Below, in pieces: positions 9,094 through 18,582 of a DNA stretch of 33,113 nucleotides. The translations under genes and the position numbers were made by a program. The notes below the pieces were generated by a model, which saw only the letters and a list, made by a program, of their open reading frames with translations, was not told the DNA's origin and made no database searches. Each line of letters starts with the position of its first letter. The first letter of the stretch is position 1. The DNA is from a virus (taxonomy: Duplodnaviria; Caudoviricetes). The stretch covers positions 1 through 33,113 of the IMG/VR virus record IMGVR_UViG_3300032247_000060, one strand, 5' to 3'.

Positions 9094-10571
9094 CAGTTAT
9101 CCCCAGCAGACATTTTGAGTTCGGCAGACACAATTACCGCCTTCACAGGGTCACTTATCGCCACCTCAAAAATCCTATCCCGTGACCAGCCCAAGCGCCG
9201 CCACAAAGCACGATTGACATATCCACCCATTTTTCCGATGCTTACCCAATGCTCATTTGACCAAGTAGACCCGCCATCATTTGACCAGCGCAGCATGGCC
9301 TGGGGGTCTTGTCCTTGACCCGTATTCAATCCAACCCCTGGCTGAAACTGAATCTGGAAAGAATCAAAATACTGACGTTGTAAGTCTTGGGTCAGGTGAA
9401 CGGCTCGGCGCAGTCTGCGGATTGTGTTGCCGTTGTCTGTATATACAGCGTTGTCCAGACTGTAAATCTTGCCGTTTTCAAAGTCACCAACGATGTTTTT
9501 ATTGGCAAAGAATGCCGCACAGTTTGACCGATGGCGCTTGTAAACCGCTAGATTTGAATCCCAAGACAACCACTTGTGCCAGCTTTTGGTTGACAGGTCA
9601 TAAACCCAAGTAAGGCCATATTCCCCAACGCTGGGGAATGTGACCACATACATTTCATGGCCTTCAATCTGGTAGGTATAGGCAATGGCATCAGAGGTAA
9701 CTGAATCCACCAATGACTGTTCAACGGCATGGGTGCTGATTCTGACCCAGGTATAACCTTGCATCATTTCGATGGTTGCCGAACCTCGGGTGTCTTTTGC
9801 CACACAAACAAAAGTCTCGCCCAATCGCGCCAATGAAAATTTGGCATCAATACCTGATTGACTTGAAGTTCCTGGCACTCGCTGAAAAGGAAAAGTCGTA
9901 ATCCCTGAGATTACATTGCCCACATCTGTCCAAACTTCAGTAGTAATTTCTCCAATCAAATAAACCTGACGTTGGTTCACAATCAGCGTCACCAACAGGT
10001 CAGATGACCCATCAGCCGTGCCATACAGGGCTTGGGTGGATAGACTAGACCCTAGATCAGTACACGCCCAGTTCTGCGTACCTGGCTCGTTGTAAATGTT
10101 GTAGTTGTCAACCACATCAACCACCGATGCACCCTGCCAAGGGCCATCAGTTGGCGGCAATTGAGTAAATGTGTTGGTTGACACAACCCAGGTATATCGA
10201 TTAGGCCCATCCACAATGTAAGCAGTCAAGCCATATGTATTGTCAATGTTGTCAGATATGGATACCTGTCCCGTGTTGGTGGTCAGCGTCCCGATCTGAG
10301 TGGCAACAAATGCCGTGCTAACCCGATAGACCAGATTCCCCGCCACCGCAATCAAGATGGTTTCGCCCGACATGGTGTGCAAACCCCGCACCTCTGCCGC
10401 CAGAAGTTGTGCTTCTTGAGTTAGCCCAGGCGTAGGGTATAGCGCCACAATACCCCTGTCCCCAGGCTGCTTAGATGTATCAATCTCAGCAAAGAAATTG
10501 ATACATTCTTGATCGCCTTGGTAGATAGATGGCGCAACGTAGGATGTGCCGACAAAACCAAAATCAGGCAT
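9093..10571 (-). CDS. Tail hub / packaged-DNA stabilization protein, P22 gp10-like
   Basis: 492 aa beta-rich; LYPTPGL, ISTHAVE, WSNDGG.TW, WRRLG..R.R.FE motifs. Confidence 0.8.
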   Translation of the reverse strand: MPDFGFVGTSYVAPSIYQGDQECINFFAEIDTSKQPGDRGIVALYPTPGLTQEAQLLAAEVRGLHTMSGETILIAVAGNLVYRVSTAFVATQIGTLTTNTGQVSISDNIDNTYGLTAYIVDGPNRYTWVVSTNTFTQLPPTDGPWQGASVVDVVDNYNIYNEPGTQNWACTDLGSSLSTQALYGTADGSSDLLVTLIVNQRQVYLIGEITTEVWTDVGNVISGITTFPFQRVPGTSSQSGIDAKFSLARLGETFVCVAKDTRGSATIEMMQGYTWVRISTHAVEQSLVDSVTSDAIAYTYQIEGHEMYVVTFPSVGEYGLTWVYDLSTKSWHKWLSWDSNLAVYKRHRSNCAAFFANKNIVGDFENGKIYSLDNAVYTDNGNTIRRLRRAVHLTQDLQRQYFDSFQIQFQPGVGLNTGQGQDPQAMLRWSNDGGSTWSNEHWVSIGKMGGYVNRALWRRLGWSRDRIFEVAISDPVKAVIVSAELKMSAGDN

Positions 10572-11758
10572 TATCGGAATCCTCCATCCATAATGAAGCC
10601 AGCATCTTTAGCCCTGCCAACCATCAAGCTGTCAGGGTATCGGGCAATCTGGGGTGGGCGCATATTGGTGCGTTTGACCGTGGCTTTGCCTTGCCCTGCA
10701 TAAGCGTTGATCATGGCAATTTGCACCTGATTAACTTTGCCAAACATTGGTAACAGGCGTTCAGCCAAGCACCAGCGCAACGCCATGTTGTAACCCTGGG
10801 GTAGCTGGATGGTGTCGTTCAGCGTGGCGAATTCTCTAAAAATTGTCTGGGTAAATAAGTGCAATTCACCCTGGGACGGGTTGGGATAGACATAAATTGT
10901 CCCCAGCAACTCGGATGGTTGGTAATAAATCGCTTTTGCCCAAGGGCCGTTCAATTGCTTGATGCCAATAGATTCGTATTCCTCAAGGCTCAGAATCGAC
11001 AAAGGATAGTCAAGATAACCACCCGCAATGTTTGACCCGCCCTGCATGGTGGCAACACGCACAAAGCCAGATTCAATCGTTAGCGGGCGCTCATAGTAGG
11101 CAGAAATTGGGAAAGGCGTAATCGTTCCCGTCATTGCAACGCTGCCAACAGTTTGGGAAACCGAAACGGTATATGTTCCAACCCCGCCAGAAGCACTTAC
11201 AAACGCTGTAATCGTAGTTCCAACGGTAACACCAGTTCCAGCAATCACAGAACCAACGCCTAAATAACCAGCAGAAATGGCGCTCACAGTTAAAGTTGTG
11301 CCGCTGATAGACCCCGTGAAAGCTGGCGTGGGCGTGGTATTACTGCTGGACAGGGTATATGTCCCGCCCTCGTTTACATTGCCGCCAGCGCCCGTTGTAA
11401 AGCCCACAATCCTTGTCCCCGATGTGATGCCTGTACCTGATAGCGTCTGACCAATGTTAATGCCGCCAGCGGTCACCGCATTGGCAGGAACGGTTAAGGT
11501 TGTGCCAGCAATCGACCCCGTGAATGTCGCACCCATCTGACCGCTTGGGCCAATGGTGTATTGCACTTGGTTTTGCGTGGTCATAAAAATGATCTCTGAC
11601 CGATAGAAAACCATCATGTTTTCATTCGACCATTGGGCGATCATGTCGTTAAGCATATCCAGTCCATCTTGCGCCTCGTCTGCCGTTGGCACTTCACCAG
11701 CGGCGACAGCGCCAATGTCCTTCATGGCTCGGGTGATGATGTCAATCGGCTGGGTCAT
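10571..11758 (-). CDS. Head-tail adaptor, P22 gp4-like, with an inserted tandem beta-rich domain
   Basis: DII.RA...IG....GE.P..DE..DGL..LNDM...W N-terminus; LP.GY..AL...LA.RL.P C-terminus; internal duplicated insert. Confidence 0.75.
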   Translation of the reverse strand: MTQPIDIITRAMKDIGAVAAGEVPTADEAQDGLDMLNDMIAQWSNENMMVFYRSEIIFMTTQNQVQYTIGPSGQMGATFTGSIAGTTLTVPANAVTAGGINIGQTLSGTGITSGTRIVGFTTGAGGNVNEGGTYTLSSSNTTPTPAFTGSISGTTLTVSAISAGYLGVGSVIAGTGVTVGTTITAFVSASGGVGTYTVSVSQTVGSVAMTGTITPFPISAYYERPLTIESGFVRVATMQGGSNIAGGYLDYPLSILSLEEYESIGIKQLNGPWAKAIYYQPSELLGTIYVYPNPSQGELHLFTQTIFREFATLNDTIQLPQGYNMALRWCLAERLLPMFGKVNQVQIAMINAYAGQGKATVKRTNMRPPQIARYPDSLMVGRAKDAGFIMDGGFR

Positions 11759-11761
11759 GGC

Positions 11762-12004
11762 TTATCCTTGTGGCAATTGTGCCGCTTTGTAAGCCGCAAT
11801 TACTTCAGTCGTATGCACAGCAGCGCAAACAACTTGCACCTTTGCATCCTCGGCACTGTAATCGTCCCCTGGCTTGAAGTAATTGCCTTTTACTTGCTCG
11901 GCAAAAGGTAAACCATCTTCAGTGACAGTCACCACATACCGCACAGCGACAGTCTGATCTGCCAGCACTTCAATGCGGTCAACAACGGTTTGTTTTTCAA
12001 ACAT
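11762..12004 (-). CDS. Small tail-associated protein
   Basis: 80-aa ORF with GGAAA upstream, in fibre block. Confidence 0.55.
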   Translation of the reverse strand: MFEKQTVVDRIEVLADQTVAVRYVVTVTEDGLPFAEQVKGNYFKPGDDYSAEDAKVQVVCAAVHTTEVIAAYKAAQLPQG

Positions 12005-12023
12005 AATATTTTCCTAATATTAT

Positions 12024-12287
12024 TTAACAATAATCTGCATCAGCAAATTCTGGCAAGGTTTTTAAATGTTTATATGCTTGGGCAATAAAATTGCTTTCAT
12101 TTAAAACAGGAACAAATGAATAATTTTTGCTTTGCAAAATTTGACCGTCTTGCGTTCTGTAAAAAAATACAGTCACACCCATTTGTTCTTTGTTACCAGC
12201 CAATTTGCCAACTTTGATGTATACGTCTTTAAAAACTACATCATCGCCAAAATTATTGGTTAAAGTAATTTCTTTTTTGAACGCCAT
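12024..12287 (-). CDS. Small tail-associated protein (possible fibre chaperone)
   Basis: 87 aa, GGAG RBS, QAY.HLKTLPEF C-terminus; follows tailspike. Confidence 0.55.
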   Translation of the reverse strand: MAFKKEITLTNNFGDDVVFKDVYIKVGKLAGNKEQMGVTVFFYRTQDGQILQSKNYSFVPVLNESNFIAQAYKHLKTLPEFADADYC

Positions 12288-12302
12288 TTCAATTCTCCAG
12301 TT

Positions 12303-13910
12303 TTAAACAAATGTGTAAGCGCCTTGGGATGATTCAACCTCCCAAATGCCAGCAATGTAGCAAGCCAAAACAACTTGGTTTCCCGCCGTATTCATGCGAA
12401 GCATTTGCCCCGCAGAACCACCGCGAATAAGTTCTGTGCCGTTGGGGTCAATGTCAAAAACTTGCGTGTCATTACGCACAAACCGATAGGTTAAACCTGG
12501 GGCAGCCACAGGCAGATTCCATACTGCACCACCGCCAATCCCAAGATTTCCAATTGTTTTCCCTGACCAACCTGTTCGCACAGTGTCTGGTGCGGCAGTA
12601 CCGCGCAAAATCAACAATGGCTGGGCTGCACCATTTAGTTCATAAAGATTAGGGCATTTAACGTTAATAAGTTCAGTCGTTGCAACATACGGCAAACGAG
12701 AATCTGCTGCACTATTTTTTATCAGAATGGAATAATTGTTGTAAACGTTTTTAAACAAGATGTTATCTTGCACATTCCCAAACGTTAAATTTATTTGTGA
12801 AAAACCGTTAACACCAGTAATCCGCAAATTTTCAAACGCCATATTGCGGAAAAAATCTCCCGTCCCAAATGTTGCTTGCGTTTCAGTAATAATGACTCCA
12901 CCATAGTTGTATGATTGTGAACCTGTAATGGTTCCAGTTACAACAAGATTGTCCAATATATGACCGCGATCAGTTGGGTCTGGGTTTGCAGAATTATTCA
13001 GTTTAGTTATCACCAATGCACTGCTACCTGTGTTACCACTTGCAGCGTATGCAATATTCAAATTGATGCGAACATTACGCATTGTGCTGGCGGTTTCATT
13101 TGCAAATCCAATTTGCACTTTTATCGCATCGCCGCAACTTGTAGAATCTTCTGTACTCCAATAATCAATATCTACATTGACAACAGCAAGACCACTCAGC
13201 GTTGTTACTGAAACGTCATTTGCTTTATGATTTTTTGAAAGAATTTTGGCTTTAAGGTTTGACGCACCATAAACAAAATATGACCGATGGATGGTGTTGG
13301 TACGCAACAAGTCCACTTGCATGAAATCGCCAGAATACTGACCATTTACGCCGTACCAGCAATTCTCAACATCAAGCACGCCAATCCAAATGTTCTGCGA
13401 ACGCAGAGTATTTGCATCGCCAGCGGCTTTAGACGTAACAAAACCAGCCAAAGAGTTTTTTACTTTGTTGTTTGGCAAGGCAATGTTTTTGCAACCGCTA
13501 AGACATCGCACAAACTCATAGCCTTTAACCGTGACGCTGCTTACGTCTAACACAGGCCCATCTGTTGCAAATCCATCAACAAGAATGTTAATACAACCGC
13601 TAAACAGAAAGAATGTGCCTTCTGATGCAGTGATGGTTTTAGCTGCTGGAACTGCAATTGTTGCGCCGTAACCAATGCAAGCTATACCGTTTAATCCTGT
13701 GAATGAACACAATGTGCCTGTCGTGCTACCAAACACAGAATATGTACCCGCTGGAAAGTACAGCGTCCCGCCGCCAGCCGCTTGGATTGCCGCCGCCGCC
13801 GCTTGAATTGCTGCGGTATCGTCAGTTGACCCATTACCAACAGCGCCGTAGTCTTGCACGTTAAAGGTTGACCCTTTAATCATTGAATAGGTGACTTTGG
13901 TCAAAGACAT
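12303..13910 (-). CDS. Tailspike / polysaccharide depolymerase, pectate-lyase-like beta-helix
   Basis: NVQDYGAVGNG..DDTAAIQAA...GGTLYFPAGTY Pectate_lyase_3-type N-terminal signature; Asn/Ile/Val-rich body. Confidence 0.8.
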   Translation of the reverse strand: MSLTKVTYSMIKGSTFNVQDYGAVGNGSTDDTAAIQAAAAAIQAAGGGTLYFPAGTYSVFGSTTGTLCSFTGLNGIACIGYGATIAVPAAKTITASEGTFFLFSGCINILVDGFATDGPVLDVSSVTVKGYEFVRCLSGCKNIALPNNKVKNSLAGFVTSKAAGDANTLRSQNIWIGVLDVENCWYGVNGQYSGDFMQVDLLRTNTIHRSYFVYGASNLKAKILSKNHKANDVSVTTLSGLAVVNVDIDYWSTEDSTSCGDAIKVQIGFANETASTMRNVRINLNIAYAASGNTGSSALVITKLNNSANPDPTDRGHILDNLVVTGTITGSQSYNYGGVIITETQATFGTGDFFRNMAFENLRITGVNGFSQINLTFGNVQDNILFKNVYNNYSILIKNSAADSRLPYVATTELINVKCPNLYELNGAAQPLLILRGTAAPDTVRTGWSGKTIGNLGIGGGAVWNLPVAAPGLTYRFVRNDTQVFDIDPNGTELIRGGSAGQMLRMNTAGNQVVLACYIAGIWEVESSQGAYTFV

Positions 13911-13919
13911 TTTTAATCC

Positions 13920-14924
13920 TTAGACGTTATAAGTAATGGCAAACCGAAAATCTGCCGTATTGCCAAAATTTACTTGGCTCATTGTTGTTCGACCCGTTGC
14001 AGTTTGCTGCAAAAAATATATCGTATCGTTAGAAATAGAAACAAAAGTAGCGCCGCCCACCACTAAACCAACAAAATCAGCAGATGGGTCAACAATTGCA
14101 GCAGGAAAAACTCCAGCTGCGGAGTTGTATGGAAAACCACCAACAGTTGCAATGCCCGTTGCAGAACCTTTAGAAGTCAATAAAATGCGAATTTGCAAAG
14201 TTACTTGGCGACCAATTCGTGTGTAATACCCTGTTTGTGCGCCATATGTTATACCTGTGGTTGCCCCACCAAATGCCAAGCTAGGCGTAAACGTGCCTTC
14301 CTCATACCAATTCAGCAACTGACTTGTTTTGCCCGATGCGGGGGTGTTAGCTGTGAAATTGATGCCTTTAGCTGCTGTGCCTTGGATTAAATTTCCTGTG
14401 CTTAATGTTGCATCTCCAACTAATGTTGGTGTGGTAATTGACGGGCTTGTGCTAAATACTAAATTGGTACTGGTTGTTCCTGTTGCGCCTGATGCCGAAT
14501 AACCCGTTATGTTGTTAAACGATGTAATGCTGGCGGTGGACGCGTTTGTGCCGCCGTTGGCAATAGGTAAAACACCAGAAACATGGGTTGTAAGACCAAC
14601 CTTACCCCAGCTTGGCGCAGTTGATACACCACCAGAAATAAGCGCGTTGCCCGTGGCTACATCAGCAAGTTTTGCAAGCGTTGTAGTGGTGTCAGCGTAA
14701 AGCAAGTCACCCACCGCATAAGATGTTTGCCCCGTGCCGCCAGCAGTAGCTGGGACAACTTTCCAACCAATAACTTGAACCGCTGCCGCATTGTCTTTAT
14801 AAAACAGTTTGCCATCGGTGATGTTTATTGCCAATTCGCCCGTGGAAAGATTTGCCGCTAACGGCACATTGGTTGCTGTACTTGACGAATACAGTTGGAT
14901 GGGGGTAAAGCCTGTTTGTGCCAT
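13920..14924 (-). CDS. Tail fibre / receptor-binding protein
   Basis: GELAINITDGKLFYKD N-terminal motif, GGTG/GGTN fibre repeats, YEEGTFTP...GYYTRIGRQV C-terminal domain. Confidence 0.7.
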   Translation of the reverse strand: MAQTGFTPIQLYSSSTATNVPLAANLSTGELAINITDGKLFYKDNAAAVQVIGWKVVPATAGGTGQTSYAVGDLLYADTTTTLAKLADVATGNALISGGVSTAPSWGKVGLTTHVSGVLPIANGGTNASTASITSFNNITGYSASGATGTTSTNLVFSTSPSITTPTLVGDATLSTGNLIQGTAAKGINFTANTPASGKTSQLLNWYEEGTFTPSLAFGGATTGITYGAQTGYYTRIGRQVTLQIRILLTSKGSATGIATVGGFPYNSAAGVFPAAIVDPSADFVGLVVGGATFVSISNDTIYFLQQTATGRTTMSQVNFGNTADFRFAITYNV

Positions 14925-14932
14925 GTTTAACC

Positions 14933-15430
14933 TTAATTGAACATGACTTCAATAGATGAAGTGTATGGCGGTGCTTGAGAAAACGTTAGTGTTGTGCCAG
15001 ACACGGTATATGTGTTTTTCTGTTGATACACGCCATTGATGTATACAAAGGTAAAGTTTTCACCCAATGATGGATTGCTCAATGTGAATATTGTTTGCGA
15101 TCCTGTGCCTGTAAAATTTTGTACTTGATACTCTGCCGCACCAATGCCAGAAATATTGTCGTAAGTCGCAATTAATGTGCTTGCTGCCGTAAAAATTGAA
15201 AACTTGTATGGAGTGGCAATTAACCAAATTTCTCCAGTTGGCACACGCCCAGCGGAATTTAAAACGATTGGATTTGAATGTGCTATGTTTCCAGCGCTTG
15301 TGGTGTAGCTGGCTTGCGGCGTTGTTGTTCCTGCTGTGTAGGTATACAACAATCCCCCCGACAAAACCGTGCCATCGTTGTTAAAAAACTGCCACCCAGC
15401 CCCGCCAATTGGTGATAAAAATACTGCCAT
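14933..15430 (-). CDS. Tailspike anchor/adaptor protein (particle-binding-like N-domain plus small beta domain)
   Basis: QFF...G..LSGG.LYTY.AGTTTP..NPIVLNSAGR; C-terminal FTG.GSQT.FTL..VYINGVYQ..TLTFS.APP. Confidence 0.6.
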   Translation of the reverse strand: MAVFLSPIGGAGWQFFNNDGTVLSGGLLYTYTAGTTTPQASYTTSAGNIAHSNPIVLNSAGRVPTGEIWLIATPYKFSIFTAASTLIATYDNISGIGAAEYQVQNFTGTGSQTIFTLSNPSLGENFTFVYINGVYQQKNTYTVSGTTLTFSQAPPYTSSIEVMFN

Positions 15431-15439
15431 ATTGATTCC

Positions 15440-15715
15440 TCAAATGCTCGGTGTAAAGACCTGGGGCAACCAGGGGGCGACAACAACCCGTGGGGCTGAC
15501 GCAGCTTGTTCATCTAATCGGGCCTCAACCTGTGCGCCAATGCCGGCGGTCACCCAGCCGATCACAATATCCTCGGTCACATCAGCAAAAGGAATGGTCA
15601 ACTTTGGCTCGGCAAACTTCCACCAACCCTCGGTTTCCACACCGTTTTTAGCGCAGAAATACCGTGCGCCTGTGATCAGGTCGCCATCGGCTTGGATTTC
15701 CAAGATTTTCCACAT
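15440..15715 (-). CDS. Small tail-fibre-associated protein
   Basis: 91 aa, IPFADVTEDIVIGWV and terminal PW motif; coupled to the fibre gene. Confidence 0.55.
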   Translation of the reverse strand: MWKILEIQADGDLITGARYFCAKNGVETEGWWKFAEPKLTIPFADVTEDIVIGWVTAGIGAQVEARLDEQAASAPRVVVAPWLPQVFTPSI

Positions 15716-17775
15716 CAGAATGTGCCCCCTGTGACCCCGCCAGTAGCGGTTAAAACGCCCGTGGATGGATTAAATTTGAGTTTAGTGGATGATACCTTGA
15801 TTGGCAAATTTCCTGTGCTTGTGGTCACCCAGGATAGATACATTTCTGCCGCTGTGGTGGTGTCATCAGTAACCGCCACGTTTGTTGCATTTGTTGCGGT
15901 TGTCGCTGTCGTAGCAGACCCTGCCGAACCGTCAATATTTACCCCTGTCAGGGATTGGGCGCTGCTTGACCGATTCAAAGCAATTGAGGTTGTCCCAATA
16001 TACAGGCTTGAATTGCCCAAAACCGCGCTGGGAATCGTGCCCGATAACTGAACCGCTGGAAGACTTGTCAGGCTTGCCCCTGACCCGCTAAATCCTGTGG
16101 CGGTCAGCAATCCAGAACTTGGGTTGAAGTTATATTTTGTGGAACTGACGTAGTTTGTGGTCAGATTTCCCGTTGTCTGATTAGCAAACAAGGGATAACG
16201 CACCGCATTTGTGGTCGTGTCATCTGTGACAGTGGCATAAGCGGTGGGAACAACCCAACTTGGGGCGCTTGTGCCGTTAGATTGCAGAACCTTGTTGGCA
16301 TCCCCCGCAGCAGAGGCCAAGAACGCTGTTGTTCCCGCCGCTGATTGGTAGGGTATAGATGCCGCAGCCCCACCCGCCAAGTTGGTTGCTGTGCCTGTGA
16401 TGTTTATTGCGGCTGTGCCCGTCAAATTGGTGACCGTGCCGCTAGATGGAGTGCCTAAAGCCCCGCCATTGACCACAAAAGCCCCAGCAGTGCCTGTGTT
16501 CACGCCAAGGGCAGTAACCACCCCAGTTCCTGTTGTGACTGTGCTAGGCGCTACACCAGCCCCGCCACCAACCATTAAAGCATTTGCAGCCAACAGCGCA
16601 GATGATGCCCAGGCCGTGCCGCTTGTGAAATATGGAATGCCGCCACTTGTACCCGCCACAGTCAGCGCCAAAGTGCCGTTTGTGGTGATGGGTGAACCAG
16701 CAACCGAAATGATGCCGCCTGTAAATGTTTGAGCAATCGATGTGACCGTGCCAACAGTTGGCGTTGCCCAAGACGGGATACCTGATGCCAAAGTCAATAC
16801 TTGACCATTTGTGCCAGCACTCAAAAAGGCTGTTGCGCCAGAACCGCTTTGGTAGACAACCGCCCCAGCAGTGCCCCCTGCAATATTGGTGGCAGATGTT
16901 GCCGTGGCAGCGTTGCCAGATACCGACCCCGTGATGGTGTTGGTCACCGTCAAGTTGGTCAGTGTCCCCAAACCCGTGATGCCCGAATAACTGCCCGACA
17001 ATCTGGCGCTATCAATCGTGCCGCTGGTGATTTGAGTGCCCGAAATGGCAATGCTGGTGCTTCCCGCCAAAGTCAATTGACCTTGTGCGTTAACCGTAAA
17101 AGTCCCGACAGATGATGCCGACCCATACGCCGCCGCAGTCACCCCTGTGCTGGTGATGCTGAATGTGTTGCCCGTCAGGGTTAATCCAGTACCCGCCAAG
17201 TAAGACCCAGCACCAGAAAACTGCGACCAATTGATCGCGGTCACATCAATCGTGCCGCCTTGGTTTGAGGTACAAACCCATCCTGTATCTGCTAGGGTTG
17301 TGCCTGATTCAATAAACGTGAAAGCAGATGGAACTTCTGCCCATGTATTCATGTCGGCAGATCGTGCCCAAGTGCCTGATGCCGCCACATAAATGCCATT
17401 GAACTGGCTTAAAGTCTGATTCTTGACCAGAATCCTATCCCCAGCGGTCAGCGTAGAAGTCCAATCACCATTGGCCTGGACTGCCAAGCCCGACAGGGTA
17501 ATGTTTGCCGTAGTTGAGTAAATACAGGATGCTTTGACATCCAAGCCCTGCGCCACCGAATCCACATAGCCTTTGTTGGCAATGTCTGTGTCGCCAGTTG
17601 GGGTTGTGGTGATCGTCCCAGTTACCGTGCTGATGTTAGTAAACGTGGCGTTTGCAGGGCCATAAAAAGGCGTTCCAGCAGGGCCAACAAAATACTGAAG
17701 GGCATAGGTTGGCTCGGGCGCAAAAACGCCCTGCACAGGAACAAAATTAGTGGTCTGGGTGACCGCTGTGGTCAT
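15715..17775 (-). CDS. Long Gly/Thr/Ala-rich fibre protein
   Basis: 686 aa; ANKGYVD..AQGLD.K, GDRILVKNQT....NGIY, AG.GLTLTGNTF and internal repeats. Confidence 0.75.
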   Translation of the reverse strand: MTTAVTQTTNFVPVQGVFAPEPTYALQYFVGPAGTPFYGPANATFTNISTVTGTITTTPTGDTDIANKGYVDSVAQGLDVKASCIYSTTANITLSGLAVQANGDWTSTLTAGDRILVKNQTLSQFNGIYVAASGTWARSADMNTWAEVPSAFTFIESGTTLADTGWVCTSNQGGTIDVTAINWSQFSGAGSYLAGTGLTLTGNTFSITSTGVTAAAYGSASSVGTFTVNAQGQLTLAGSTSIAISGTQITSGTIDSARLSGSYSGITGLGTLTNLTVTNTITGSVSGNAATATSATNIAGGTAGAVVYQSGSGATAFLSAGTNGQVLTLASGIPSWATPTVGTVTSIAQTFTGGIISVAGSPITTNGTLALTVAGTSGGIPYFTSGTAWASSALLAANALMVGGGAGVAPSTVTTGTGVVTALGVNTGTAGAFVVNGGALGTPSSGTVTNLTGTAAINITGTATNLAGGAAASIPYQSAAGTTAFLASAAGDANKVLQSNGTSAPSWVVPTAYATVTDDTTTNAVRYPLFANQTTGNLTTNYVSSTKYNFNPSSGLLTATGFSGSGASLTSLPAVQLSGTIPSAVLGNSSLYIGTTSIALNRSSSAQSLTGVNIDGSAGSATTATTATNATNVAVTDDTTTAAEMYLSWVTTSTGNLPIKVSSTKLKFNPSTGVLTATGGVTGGTF

Positions 17776-17778
17776 GGC

Positions 17779-18045
17779 TTACTCGTAGTAAACGGTAATG
17801 CTTGCAGTCCCAGAAATCACGACATACAGACCGTTTTCAGTGGTGATGCCATCGTAAAAAGAATAGTTTGTCGCCGCTGTCAACACAAACGTGTCAATGA
17901 TTTTCATGCCCGTGCCAGTGGTTTGGGTATCGTAAACAGTGACAGTGGGTGAACTTGTTGCGCTGCTACAAAAAATGCCTTTTAATTTTGCGGCTTGATT
18001 TTTGATGTTTGCAGTTGCAGAAATCTGTGCGTAATTGCTTGACAT
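17779..18045 (-). CDS. Small virion structural protein
   Basis: 88 aa, beta-rich; between capsid and fibre genes. Confidence 0.55.
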   Translation of the reverse strand: MSSNYAQISATANIKNQAAKLKGIFCSSATSSPTVTVYDTQTTGTGMKIIDTFVLTAATNYSFYDGITTENGLYVVISGTASITVYYE

Positions 18046-18080
18046 AGCTGGCCTTTCAGTTCATCAAATTATATGCTTTG

Positions 18081-18112
18081 AAAAAGAAAAAGCCACCCCT
18101 TTTGAGGGCGGC
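18081..18112 (-). terminator. Intrinsic terminator after the capsid/decoration genes
   Basis: Minus strand GCCGCCC-TCAAAAG-GGGTGGC followed by TTTTCTTTTT. Confidence 0.7.
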
Positions 18113-18135
18113 CCTTTCACTTAGTTCATGCCGTT

Positions 18136-18558
18136 TTAAGGCAGGAAGGTCAGGTCGTAACCGTAGATAAACACATCGGCGGTAGCCGCTGCGCCTTGAA
18201 CGGTGGTGTTGCGAATGTAAAGGGGTGTGCCCGTAACAGCATCGGTTGATGTTGCTGCGGTCACAACCACTTTAGCGGCGGTGGTGTTGCCCGACAAAGC
18301 ATAAGTCGATTTGACTGCCGTTCCCGTTGCGCCTGGGCCTGTATAGACTGCCAAATAAGCAGTATCCAAGCTGATAGAGGCATTGGTAACGATGATGCTT
18401 TGAACGCTGACACGGCCTGACACCAGGATTGGTGCAATGGTGTCGGCAACTAGGTTGAGGTTAACGCCCTGTGCAGAGGCAATCAAGCGCAAAGCCTGAT
18501 TGGTTGCCAAATTACTGGGGTGATTGGTGACAGTGGTTGCTGCGCCTGGATTTGCCAT
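18136..18558 (-). CDS. Putative capsid decoration / cement protein
   Basis: 140 aa, Ala/Thr/Val-rich; directly after coat gene and before terminator; GGAG RBS. Confidence 0.55.
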   Translation of the reverse strand: MANPGAATTVTNHPSNLATNQALRLIASAQGVNLNLVADTIAPILVSGRVSVQSIIVTNASISLDTAYLAVYTGPGATGTAVKSTYALSGNTTAAKVVVTAATSTDAVTGTPLYIRNTTVQGAAATADVFIYGYDLTFLP

Positions 18559-18582
18559 GATGTTTTCTCCAAAAGTTAATGG

